A DNA stretch of 43,116 nt. It comes from a virus. Made by a program: the position numbers and the translations under genes. The notes beneath the pieces are model-generated. The model did no database searches, was not told where the DNA came from, and saw nothing but the letters and a program-made list of their open reading frames with translations. The stretch lies in the IMG/VR virus record IMGVR_UViG_3300030444_000009; one strand, given 5' to 3'. Shown here piece after piece: positions 18,242 to 26,091 of the stretch (position 1 is the stretch's first letter; each line of letters starts with the position of its first letter).

Positions 18242-18652
18242 ATGGCAATGCGTAAAGACCAGATACCGGACAATAAATTCACGCTGCCGCTTGACGCGCG
18301 TGAGCTGGCACTGTATACCAGACAGATCACCAAAAACGCGAAAGTGTTTGACCTCGAAATTGACGCAAGCCTTCCCGGTCAACTGCGCGCTACGGCAGAC
18401 CGGATATTTTTTGATATCTTCGGAGCAAACGACCTCCGGCTGGACAAGCCGAACGAAAGAGAGGAGCGCTTTAAGCTTCAAAGACAAGCTGTCCGGCTGT
18501 GCACCGTCCTTTTGGCGGAGATAGACATGGCGAAAGCCAGCTATCACCTTTCCGGCAAACGGTGCTCTTTCTGGGGCAACACTGTGCGCGATATCCGGCA
18601 GCGTTGCCGGGACTGGCACGAGAGTGATGCAAAGCGTGCAAAAGCGCTTTGA
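18242..18652 (+). CDS. avd: Accessory variability determinant (Avd-like helical bundle protein)
   Basis: 136 aa, basic and predicted helical, located between VR and TR as in BPP-1-type DGRs. Confidence 0.6.
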   Translation: MAMRKDQIPDNKFTLPLDARELALYTRQITKNAKVFDLEIDASLPGQLRATADRIFFDIFGANDLRLDKPNEREERFKLQRQAVRLCTVLLAEIDMAKASYHLSGKRCSFWGNTVRDIRQRCRDWHESDAKRAKAL

Positions 18653-18674
18653 CATAAAAATGGCTGTAGGCTAA

Positions 18675-18798
18675 TGGGCCGCAATGTGCGGCTGCGCTCT
18701 GCGAATCGTGGCAACGGCAACAATGCCTTCAACGTGAACTCCAGCGGCAACGTCAACAACTGGAACGCGATCAACGCGAATCGCTGCGCCCCGGATTG
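18675..18798 (+). repeat. DGR template repeat (TR), non-coding template RNA
   Basis: Adenine-rich (AAC/AAT at the variable codons) copy of the VR. Reads GRNVRLRSANRGNGNNAFNVNSSGNVNNWNAINANRCAPD in the VR frame but has no RBS or gene context. Confidence 0.9.
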
Positions 18799-18954
18799 GA
18801 CGGCAGCACGCCCACAAAAGCCCCTGCATAGCAGAGGCCGGGCAAAAACTGCCGTGCAAGGAGCCGAGTGCCATGTCTGTCCTCTGGCAGACGAACAATA
18901 TCAGCCGGACGTGGCCACCCTGCGGGGTGTTGACCGCTATCACCCGGCAGATCC

Positions 18955-20019
18955 TTGCGAGGAGAGCTGAAAAAATCAGTGCAAGAAGAAGAAATAATAA
19001 TCGGGTTCGATGCCCTGTATAATTCCGAGGGCAAGTGCGCCAAAGGCGTGTGCCGCAAGGCAAGCGTTGGACGGTTTCACCTGTTTCGGATGGACGAGAT
19101 CCTGAAACTCCAAAAGGAGCTCGCGACAGGTACATACAAGGCACGGCCAACAATCAAAGTTAGAATCACCTATCCCAAGCCCCGCACAGCGGTTGCGAAT
19201 GGCTTTCGGGATAGGGTATACCAGCGCTCTCTCAACGACAATGCTGTTTATCCAGCAATGACACGGAGCTTCATCCGGCAAAACGCGGCCTGTCAGACCG
19301 GCAAAGGTACCGACTGGGCGCGCAAGCAGGTCAAGCTCATGATGGAGCGCGAATACCGGCAGCACGGCGCTGATGGCTATGTGCTGTTGGTAGATATCCG
19401 GCACTATTACGACACGATGCCCCATGACGTGGCAAACCGCTGCTTTGAGCGGCATCTGCCGCCAAGTGTGCATAACCGCGTGCGTGAGGTTCTGGATCGT
19501 CAATATACCGGCGAGGCCGGTTATAATCCGGGCAGCCAGATGGTGCAGCTTGCCGGGATCTCGGTGCCCGACCCCATAGATCACTACATCAAGGAGCGCC
19601 TGCGGGCGAAAAAGTACGTCCGTTTTATGGATGATAGCCTCATCATCCACCACGACAAGGCACGGCTTGAGGAGTGGCGGGAGGCGATCCGCGCCCGGTA
19701 CGCTGCCGATGGCATGGAGCTGCACCCGACCAAGACCAAGATCGTCAGGCTAAAGGATGGATTCCGTTTTCTAGGTTTCATCTACCGCTTGACCCCGGCG
19801 GGCAAGGTCGTTATGACCGTTGACCCGCAGAATGTCAAGGCCGAGCGCAAGCGCCTGTTTCGGCTTGCCCAGCTCATCAAGGCAGGAGAGAAACCGGCAT
19901 CTGCCCTGTATGAGCAGTATGGATCATGGAAAGCCCATGCCGCTAAAGGCAACTCGCAGCAGCTGCTGCAGCGCATGGATCAATACGTTAAAACTCTGCT
20001 GGAGGGGATAACTACATGA
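18955..20019 (+). CDS. DGR reverse transcriptase
   Basis: YVRFMDDSLII (YxDD box), GSQMVQLAGI motif, LLVDIRHYYDTM. 354 aa, positioned after the TR. Exact start uncertain (TTG 18955 or GTG 18979). Confidence 0.85.
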   Translation: MRGELKKSVQEEEIIIGFDALYNSEGKCAKGVCRKASVGRFHLFRMDEILKLQKELATGTYKARPTIKVRITYPKPRTAVANGFRDRVYQRSLNDNAVYPAMTRSFIRQNAACQTGKGTDWARKQVKLMMEREYRQHGADGYVLLVDIRHYYDTMPHDVANRCFERHLPPSVHNRVREVLDRQYTGEAGYNPGSQMVQLAGISVPDPIDHYIKERLRAKKYVRFMDDSLIIHHDKARLEEWREAIRARYAADGMELHPTKTKIVRLKDGFRFLGFIYRLTPAGKVVMTVDPQNVKAERKRLFRLAQLIKAGEKPASALYEQYGSWKAHAAKGNSQQLLQRMDQYVKTLLEGITT

Positions 20020-20180
20020 AAATTGTTCACAACACTGGCGACATCAAGACCGCCGCCGAAAACGAAAACCGGGACGCGGATTTGGCACAGATCGCGTCTA
20101 TGGTGGACTTCCTGTGCATTCTGGCCGATGTGCCCATTGAGGACGAGGCTGCAGACAAGGAGGGCATGAGCCATGAGTGA
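20016..20180 (+). CDS. Hypothetical small acidic protein (54 aa)
   Basis: My own translation: MKIVHNTGDIKTAAENENRDADLAQIASMVDFLCILADVPIEDEAADKEGMSHE. ATGA coupling to the RT stop. Confidence 0.4.
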   Translation: MKIVHNTGDIKTAAENENRDADLAQIASMVDFLCILADVPIEDEAADKEGMSHE

Positions 20181-20325
20181 TAAGCACAGCGCGATCTTCG
20201 GCAAAGCGAAAGACGAGTACGAGGCGGGCCGCTGGTCTAAGGCCATGCTGCGAATCCTTGTGCAGCGCAAGCCCCAGCGCCTGACCGCAGAAGAGTATGA
20301 AGAGATTACCGGCGAAAAGTATTAA
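20173..20325 (+). CDS. xkdX: XkdX-family small protein (50 aa)
   Basis: My own translation ends ...GRWSKAMLRILVQRKPQRLTAEEYEEITGEKY, the XkdX-like (W..., IT.EEY.EITG) pattern. Sits just before the lysis genes. Confidence 0.5.
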   Translation: MSDKHSAIFGKAKDEYEAGRWSKAMLRILVQRKPQRLTAEEYEEITGEKY

Positions 20326-20335
20326 GGAGCAGAGT

Positions 20336-21013
20336 ATGAGACCTATCATGGACGTTTCCCGCTGGCAGGGTAACATCGACTGGGACAATGTCAAGGCAAG
20401 CGGCCTTGTCTCCGGCGTGATGCTGCGGGCGCTGGGCAACAGCGCGAAAGACGCGCCCAGCAAGCCGTACATCGACCCCACCTTTGAGCGCAACTACCGC
20501 GAGTGCCAGCGGCTGGGCATCCCCTGTGGCGTGTACTACTACTGCAAGGCGGTCAACACGGAAGAAGCTGACGCAGAACTTGCCCTGCTGCGCAAGGTGC
20601 TGACCGGCAAGACAGTGCAGCTGCCGGTGGCGGTGGACATTGAGGACAAGTATGTGCAAGCTCCGCTGGACAAGCAGACCCTGACGAACATTGCCGCTCA
20701 TGCGCTGGGCACGGTGGAGCGCTGGGGCTTTTACGCCATGCTATACACCGGGCTGTACTTTGGCCGTGATAACATGTACATGACCGGCGCGGCGCTCAAG
20801 CCGTATGACGTGTGGCTTGCAGCCTACCGCAGCAAAAAGCCCGCGCCGGAATGGAAATTCGGGCTGTGGCAGTACACCAGCAAGGGCAAGATTCCCGGTG
20901 TTGTGGACGCGATCCCGGGCAAGATTTCCGGCGTGGACTTGTCTGTGCCCTACAAGGACTATGCCAAAATCATTGCAAAGAAGGGTCTGACCCGTCTTCG
21001 GGAGGGCAAATGA
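20336..21013 (+). CDS. Endolysin, glycoside hydrolase family 25 muramidase
   Basis: MDVSRWQGNIDWDNVKASG... and VAVDIED motifs typical of GH25. AAGGAG RBS 6 nt upstream of ATG 20336. Confidence 0.85.
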   Translation: MRPIMDVSRWQGNIDWDNVKASGLVSGVMLRALGNSAKDAPSKPYIDPTFERNYRECQRLGIPCGVYYYCKAVNTEEADAELALLRKVLTGKTVQLPVAVDIEDKYVQAPLDKQTLTNIAAHALGTVERWGFYAMLYTGLYFGRDNMYMTGAALKPYDVWLAAYRSKKPAPEWKFGLWQYTSKGKIPGVVDAIPGKISGVDLSVPYKDYAKIIAKKGLTRLREGK

Positions 21014-21399
21014 CCGAAAAAGAAGCTTTGCTGTGGGTGCTGGGCATCTTGGGCAGCCTGTGCGCTGCTGCCATCACGATCGACAAGGTGCTGGAAATCA
21101 TCCATAAGTACATCAAGAAGGCACAGGAGCCGGACAACGCGCAGAACAAGCGGCTGGATGAGCTGGACAAGCGCGTCGGCACCTTGGAACAGGGGCAGCT
21201 CCAGCATACACAAGCCCTTGCAAGAGACCTCCGGCGATTTGACGGCATTGACGAAGAAATGCGACTTGTCCTCGTTGGCGTGCAGAACCTTTTGGATGCG
21301 CAACTATCCGGCAACAACCGGGAAGGTATGCAAAAAAGTAAGACCGACATTAACAATTACCTGCTGAAAGGAGTAACCAATCATGGAAGCAATCCGTAA
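21010..21399 (+). CDS. Lysis-module membrane protein (N-terminal TM plus coiled coil; holin or accessory)
   Basis: ATGA coupling to the endolysin stop. LLWVLGILGSLCAAAITI transmembrane segment. Confidence 0.5.
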   Translation: MTEKEALLWVLGILGSLCAAAITIDKVLEIIHKYIKKAQEPDNAQNKRLDELDKRVGTLEQGQLQHTQALARDLRRFDGIDEEMRLVLVGVQNLLDAQLSGNNREGMQKSKTDINNYLLKGVTNHGSNP

Positions 21400-21724
21400 C
21401 ACCATTCTTACCCCGATGCCCGCATGGCTGGCGCTGGTACTCATCGTTGTTGGCGCTGTTTCGCTTGCGTTGGGGCTTATCCGTCTGGGCTACGGCGCAG
21501 CGGTCAAGACGCTGGTGCTTGACCTCATCGACCAAGCGGAGCGAGAAATTCAGGGCACGAAACGCGGAGCAGAGCGCAAGGCGTGGTGCGTCAAGATGCT
21601 GCGCACTTATCTCAATAACAGCCGGTGGGGCAAGCTGGTCAGCTGGGCTATCACCGAAGAGACCATGAGCAAGGTAATTCAGTTTTTCTTTGACCGCATG
21701 AAAGCGGCACTGCAAAAGCAGTAA
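21383..21724 (+). CDS. Putative holin (LL-H-like)
   Basis: N-terminal TM PAWLALVLIVVGAVSLALGLI, then an amphipathic region with GTKRGAERKAWCV. Adjacent to the endolysin. Confidence 0.5.
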   Translation: MEAIRNTILTPMPAWLALVLIVVGAVSLALGLIRLGYGAAVKTLVLDLIDQAEREIQGTKRGAERKAWCVKMLRTYLNNSRWGKLVSWAITEETMSKVIQFFFDRMKAALQKQ

Positions 21725-21734
21725 GGAGGATATC

Positions 21735-21917
21735 ATGGCAAGCACTACATACGAGCATTTTTCCGGGTATGGCGAAACGGTGACAAAACGTCACCAGTTT
21801 GCCAGCATTGGCAATATGGTGCGCAACGCCGGACAGCTGCCGCAGCCTTTTTGGCTCGGCGGTGCTGCCTGTGGCGGCGGCTCGCGTAGTGCTGCCCACT
21901 GCGCTGCAAGGACTTGA
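21735..21917 (+). CDS. 5' part of a split sigma-70 region-4-like regulator gene
   Basis: Excellent RBS (AAGGAGG, 5 nt spacing) but only 60 codons. The frame changes at a T5 run (21848-21852). Confidence 0.4.
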   Translation: MASTTYEHFSGYGETVTKRHQFASIGNMVRNAGQLPQPFWLGGAACGGGSRSAAHCAART

Positions 21918-22095
21918 CCGACAGCAAATGACTGCCGCTATCAAAAGCGCACCGCTTGGGAGGGTAGACCGTAAGATAGCCTTACTGCGGTATGTTGAGC
22001 GGCTCCCACTGCCGGACATTGCAGCGCAGACACATTACAGTCGGACGGCGGTAGGCTACCGGCTGAAAGGCATTGAAAAAATGCTGGATGTGTGA
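21799..22095 (+). CDS. 3' part of the split regulator: sigma-70 region-4 / LuxR-type HTH
   Basis: LQGLDRQQMTAAI...RKIALLRYVERLPLPDIAAQTHYSRTAVGYRLKGIEKML. No RBS of its own. Confidence 0.45.
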   Translation: MPALAIWCATPDSCRSLFGSAVLPVAAARVVLPTALQGLDRQQMTAAIKSAPLGRVDRKIALLRYVERLPLPDIAAQTHYSRTAVGYRLKGIEKMLDV

Positions 22096-22145
22096 TATAC
22101 TAATCTTGTATATGGATTAGTTTTGAGCTTTTGCTCTGACAATTC

Positions 22146-22183
22146 AAAAGCGGCAGGCTTTCGGGTCTGCCGCTTTTCTTTTT
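22146..22183. terminator. Bidirectional rho-independent terminator
   Basis: AAAAGCGGCAG...CTGCCGCTTTT hairpin flanked by an A-run and a T-run. Confidence 0.7.
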
Positions 22184-22251
22184 GCACGATTTGCGGCATT
22201 GCCTGTGGGCGGTTCCGCTCTTGATTTTAGACTTCGCCGTTTTGGCGGCAT

Positions 22252-22326
22252 AAAAAATCCCCCACTTTGCCTACAAAGCACCCCGCGTGGCACGCAGGGC
22301 TTCGGCAAAGCAGGGGATTTTTTTGT
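22252..22326. terminator. Long hairpin terminator downstream of the minus-strand cassette
   Basis: AAAAAATCCCC-A-CTTTGCC...GGCAAAG-C-AGGGGATTTTTTT. Confidence 0.6.
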
Positions 22327-22327
22327 T

Positions 22328-22651
22328 TTACAGCAGCTTGTAGTGTTCAGCCAACAAAAAGCGGACGTATGCCGGGCAGCCCCGGCTTCCGGCACACCAG
22401 TTCTGCACCGTGCGCAGCGGAATGCCCGCGCATTTTGCAAAAGCGGTCTGCGACATTCCGGTGCGGGAGATCAGCTCCCGCATGGACAGGTTCGCCAGAT
22501 CCCAGATGACGGACAGCCGCTCCTTTTCGGCGTCTAGGTCGATGCAGCCATCAGCGCCATCCTCGGCGCTGAGCGTCACGTTATTCAGAAAAATCTCCTT
22601 TACGGCTCGCGGATTGCTCGCCATAATAAAAAGTTCAGCGTTGCTATACAT
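22328..22651 (-). CDS. HTH (XRE-like) DNA-binding protein
   Basis: C-terminal MSQTAFAKCAGIPLRTVQNWCAG HTH. AAGGAGG RBS. Second gene of a two-gene minus-strand unit. Confidence 0.65.
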   Translation of the reverse strand: MYSNAELFIMASNPRAVKEIFLNNVTLSAEDGADGCIDLDAEKERLSVIWDLANLSMRELISRTGMSQTAFAKCAGIPLRTVQNWCAGSRGCPAYVRFLLAEHYKLL

Positions 22652-22663
22652 GGTATCCTCCTT

Positions 22664-23011
22664 TCAAATGCGGTCTTTCACGGACAGGCTGATTTTGCGC
22701 ACAAAGCCATCAGGGAACTTCTCACCGCTCCAGAGAGAGCCGAGCTCTCCATCGCTGCCGTTGTCGCGGGGATACTCATAGAAGGCTGTCATGCCCAGAC
22801 TATCGTTGACGCGGCGCAGCTTCACGATGCGGTCGGGAGCAAGCGCGATTTCCCGGGTAAGCTTGCCGTTTTTGTCCAGTGCATCCTCGCACAGCCACTG
22901 AAGCGCCGAGATAAACTCGTCCATCGTGATGGTAGAGTGGGCAGCCCAGTCTTTAAAAATGCGGCTGTCGCCTGCAAGAACGATCTTCTTTTTAGTCTCA
23001 AAGCTGGTCAT
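22664..23011 (-). CDS. Hypothetical protein (115 aa), partner of the downstream HTH gene
   Basis: ORF with promoter-like TTGACT-17-TATATT upstream. No motif recognised. Confidence 0.55.
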   Translation of the reverse strand: MTSFETKKKIVLAGDSRIFKDWAAHSTITMDEFISALQWLCEDALDKNGKLTREIALAPDRIVKLRRVNDSLGMTAFYEYPRDNGSDGELGSLWSGEKFPDGFVRKISLSVKDRI

Positions 23012-23060
23012 GGTAGCTATTTCCTTTTTTTGTGCGATTTTGGTTTCCTTTACTGTCTAT

Positions 23061-23089
23061 AATATACACCCATTGGGTGCAAAAGTCAA
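23061..23089 (-). promoter_or_regulatory. Sigma-70-type promoter for the 23011-22328 unit
   Basis: Minus strand reads TTGACT, 17 nt, TATATT. Confidence 0.5.
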
Positions 23090-23128
23090 GCTTTTTTCAA
23101 AAATATTATACCCGATGAACGTATTTTT

Positions 23129-23165
23129 GCCCACGCTGCCCTTTTGCAGTGTGGGCACTTTTTTG
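23129..23165 (+). terminator. Hairpin plus T-run in the leader of the accessory island
   Basis: GCCCACGCTGC-CCTTTT-GCAGTGTGGGC then ACTTTTTTG. Confidence 0.5.
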
Positions 23166-23237
23166 TCCTTCGTTGTACCTTCGTTGTCTCTCCCGGTGTG
23201 GCATTCTGGTACGATAAACGCAAAAGGAGGAGCGCTC

Positions 23238-23615
23238 ATGTGGCACAAGTTCAACCCAAACCCGCGCGGCAGCAGCGTCGGTGACTGTGCAGTGCGAGCC
23301 GTTGCAGCTGCCACCGGGCAAAGCTGGGAGCAGGCATACATAGGGCTTGCGATGATGGGCTACGCACTGGGCGACATGCCAAGCGCCAACCGCACATGGG
23401 GCGCGTACCTCCAAAAGCGCGGATTTAAGCGCCGCCTTGTCGAGGCAGACTGCTCCACCTGCTACACCGTGGAGGATTTTGCAAGGGAGTACCCGCGCGG
23501 GATCTACGTTCTGGGCTGCTCTGGCCACGTTCTGGCTGTTGTCAATGGCGAGTGGATTGATAGCTGGGACAGTGGCGCAGAGTGCCCGATTTATTACTGG
23601 TACAAGGAGGACTAA
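23238..23615 (+). CDS. Hypothetical protein with conserved Cys/His (possible papain-like fold)
   Basis: MWHKFNPNPRGSSVGDCAVRA...GCSGHVLAVVNGEWIDSWDSG. AAAGGAGG RBS 7 nt before ATG 23238; the track ORF is N-terminally over-extended. Confidence 0.6.
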   Translation: MWHKFNPNPRGSSVGDCAVRAVAAATGQSWEQAYIGLAMMGYALGDMPSANRTWGAYLQKRGFKRRLVEADCSTCYTVEDFAREYPRGIYVLGCSGHVLAVVNGEWIDSWDSGAECPIYYWYKED

Positions 23616-23618
23616 GCA

Positions 23619-24056
23619 ATGCCATACATTCCATACGGATACCAGCCCGGCTATTATGGGCAGGCAATGCCGGATCAGCTTGCACAGCTGCGGCAAAACG
23701 CATACCAACCGCCGACAATGCCCGGTCAGGCTGCGCAGCAGGCGGCGCCGTCCATCATCTGGGTGCAAGGCGAGGAGGGAGCCAAGGCGTACATGGTTGC
23801 CGCCGGGAACAGCGTTTTGCTGATGGACAGCGAAAACAGTGCTTTTTATATCAAGAGCACGGATGCAAGCGGGATGCCGCTTCCTCTCAGGACGTTTGAC
23901 TACAAGGAGCGCACCACAGCCGCAAAAACGCCGCCACAAACGGCGCAGCAGCCCGGCGTGGAGTTTGTCACCCGGGCAGAGTTTAACGCGCTGGCAGCCC
24001 GCTGTGCGGCGCTTGAGAAGCAAGAGCCTGCAAAACCTGAAACGGAGGTCAAATAA
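23619..24056 (+). CDS. Hypothetical Pro/Gln-rich protein
   Basis: 145 aa, AAGGAGG RBS. Core reads IIWVQGEEGAKAYMVAAGNSVLLMDSENSAFYIKSTD. Confidence 0.6.
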   Translation: MPYIPYGYQPGYYGQAMPDQLAQLRQNAYQPPTMPGQAAQQAAPSIIWVQGEEGAKAYMVAAGNSVLLMDSENSAFYIKSTDASGMPLPLRTFDYKERTTAAKTPPQTAQQPGVEFVTRAEFNALAARCAALEKQEPAKPETEVK

Positions 24057-24058
24057 GT

Positions 24059-24283
24059 ATGGCAAACCCTCTTTTTAACGCACTGGGCGGCGGTATGCCC
24101 GCCATGCCAAACCCTATGGGTCAGTTCGGGCAGATGATGCAGCAGTTCCAGCAGTTCCGTGCAAACTTTCAAGGCGACCCGAAAGCAGAGGTGCAAAAGC
24201 TGCTGCAATCCGGCAAAATGTCACAAAACCAGCTGAACCAGCTGCAGGCGATGGCGCAGCAGTTTCAGCAGTTCCTCCATTAA
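24059..24283 (+). CDS. Hypothetical Gln/Met-rich small protein (74 aa)
   Basis: ORF with RBS GGAGG; QQFQQF repeats. Confidence 0.55.
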   Translation: MANPLFNALGGGMPAMPNPMGQFGQMMQQFQQFRANFQGDPKAEVQKLLQSGKMSQNQLNQLQAMAQQFQQFLH

Positions 24284-24346
24284 GTCGTAACCGTGGCCAC
24301 GGTTCAAGCATAAAAATCATTTAAAACACACGAAAGGAGTACAAAA

Positions 24347-25123
24347 ATGTCTCTTTCTTCCGATTCTGCGGTTCTGACCATGCCTGTTCAGCCCGCAAAC
24401 ACCAACGGCGGCAACGGATTTGGCTTTGGCAATGATGGCGCATGGTGGATCATCATCCTGTTCCTGTTTGCCTTCTGCGGCGGCTGGGGCGGCAACTGGG
24501 GCGGCAATGGCAACACCGGTGCCGGTGTCGTTGACGGCTACGTCCTGACCTCCGATTTTGCCAACATCGAGCGCAAGATGGATGGTATCAACAACGGCAT
24601 GTGTGATGGCTTCTACCAGCAGGCGCAGCTTGTCAACGGCGTGCAGCAGACCGTGAACAACGGCTTTATGTCCGCAGAGATCAGCCGCGCAAACCAGCAG
24701 GCGGCGTTCATGCAGCAGCTGTTTGCCATGCAGATGCAGCAGCAGGAGTGCTGCTGCGAGAACCGCTCTGCCATTCAGGGCGTCAACTACAATCTGGCCA
24801 CCCAGTCCTGCGAGACCCGGAACACGGTGCAGAACACCACCCGGGACATCATCGACAACCAGAACCAGAACGCCCGCGCCATCCTTGACGCCCTGACCGC
24901 ACAGCGCATCGAGGCAAAGGACGCAAAGATCGCCGAGCAGGGGCAGCAGCTGTTCGCAGCACAGCTGGCGGCATCTCAGGCAGCCCAGAACGAAACGCTC
25001 AAGGCCTACATGAGCGGTCAGCTGGCCTACTACAACCCCCGCCCTGTGCCCGCTTTCCCGGTACCCGCACCCTACCAGTACGGTAACTGCGGCACCGGTT
25101 GCGGCTGCAACGGTTGCGCTTAA
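24347..25123 (+). CDS. Hypothetical membrane-associated low-complexity protein
   Basis: Gly/Trp-rich N-terminus flanking a TM segment (GAWWIIILFLFAFCGGWGGNWGGNGN), Gln-rich coiled middle, Cys-rich tail GNCGTGCGCNGCA. Confidence 0.6.
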   Translation: MSLSSDSAVLTMPVQPANTNGGNGFGFGNDGAWWIIILFLFAFCGGWGGNWGGNGNTGAGVVDGYVLTSDFANIERKMDGINNGMCDGFYQQAQLVNGVQQTVNNGFMSAEISRANQQAAFMQQLFAMQMQQQECCCENRSAIQGVNYNLATQSCETRNTVQNTTRDIIDNQNQNARAILDALTAQRIEAKDAKIAEQGQQLFAAQLAASQAAQNETLKAYMSGQLAYYNPRPVPAFPVPAPYQYGNCGTGCGCNGCA

Positions 25124-25190
25124 TCGAATAACGGCAACTGACTACAATTTGTAGCCTGTTCAGCCCCTGAGCTGATTTTGCAAACCAGAG

Positions 25191-25217
25191 CGCCGGGGCA
25201 AAAGTCCCGGCGTTTTT
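25191..25217 (+). terminator. Rho-independent terminator
   Basis: CGCCGGG-GCAAAAGT-CCCGGCG then TTTTT. Confidence 0.65.
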
Positions 25218-25237
25218 CTATGAAAGGAGCCGATAAA

Positions 25238-25660
25238 ATGGCCGAATTTAGCAACTCTAACACCGTCAGTGTGGCGGCGGGTGAAAACCTTCCCCTGACC
25301 GAGACCGCGGTAAAGGCCCCTGCCTGCATCGTACACCGTGCTGGCAGCGGCCTTGTGACCCTGCGGGGTCTGACCAATCAATGCAAAGCGCGCTTCAAGG
25401 TAAGCTTTGGCGGCAATATTGCCATTCCCACCGGCGGCACTGTCGGTGCTATCTCTGTTGCGCTTGCTGTCGGAGGCGAGGCGCTTAACAGCGCAACCGC
25501 AATTGTCACCCCCGCAGCAGTGGATCAGTACAGCAACGTCTTTACGGCGGTGTTCGTGGAAGTCCCCCGGGGCTGCTGCGTTACTGTGGCGCTCAAAAAC
25601 ACTAGCACGCAGGCAATCAGCATTGCAAACAGCAATCTGATTGTTGAGCGGGTAGCATAA
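25238..25660 (+). CDS. Hypothetical beta-rich protein (BclA-C-terminal / C1q-TNF-like jelly-roll pattern)
   Basis: 140 aa. Pattern of alternating beta-strand sequence ending NSNLIVERVA. AAAGGAG RBS before ATG 25238. Confidence 0.5.
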   Translation: MAEFSNSNTVSVAAGENLPLTETAVKAPACIVHRAGSGLVTLRGLTNQCKARFKVSFGGNIAIPTGGTVGAISVALAVGGEALNSATAIVTPAAVDQYSNVFTAVFVEVPRGCCVTVALKNTSTQAISIANSNLIVERVA

Positions 25661-25675
25661 GGAAAGGAGTACAAC

Positions 25676-26074
25676 ATGAGTAAGAATCTCTATGATCTGC
25701 GTGAAATGCTCTGCGAGGAGCTGGACGAGTACAACCGCGATGCAAAGAACGGCCTGAACGAGCGCACGCTGGACACCGTGCACAAGCTGACCGACACCAT
25801 CAAGAACATCGACAAGATCATGATGCTGGAGGACGGCGATTATAGTCGCACCGGCGAATGGGAAGCCGATATGCGCGGCAACTACGGACGCACCGAAAAC
25901 TACAACCGTGGCAACAGCTACGCAAACCGTGGTCGGCATTATGTGCGCGGTCACTACTCGCGCGGCGATGGTCGGGAGCGGATGATTTCTGACATCGAAA
26001 ACATGATGCAGGACGCAACCGGCGCCGAGCGTGACGCATACAAGCGTGCTCTGGACATCCTGAACAATATGTGA
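25676..26074 (+). CDS. Hypothetical protein with Arg/Gly/Tyr/Asn-rich centre
   Basis: 132 aa. Helical ends flank GNYGRTENYNRGNSYANRGRHYVRGHYSRGDG. Confidence 0.55.
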   Translation: MSKNLYDLREMLCEELDEYNRDAKNGLNERTLDTVHKLTDTIKNIDKIMMLEDGDYSRTGEWEADMRGNYGRTENYNRGNSYANRGRHYVRGHYSRGDGRERMISDIENMMQDATGAERDAYKRALDILNNM

Positions 26075-26091
26075 TAAGGGGGGCGGCAGGC

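Noticed and set aside
18674-18970. 98-aa plus-strand ORF covering the TR and the TR-RT spacer
   Set aside because: Its N-terminal 41 residues are simply the TR read in the VR frame. It has no RBS, and the region is expected to act as template/spacer RNA rather than a protein gene.
22199-22537. Plus-strand ORFs (112 aa and 80 aa) in the 22.2-22.5 kb region
   Set aside because: They run through two terminator hairpins and lie antisense to the RBS-supported HTH gene 22328-22651.
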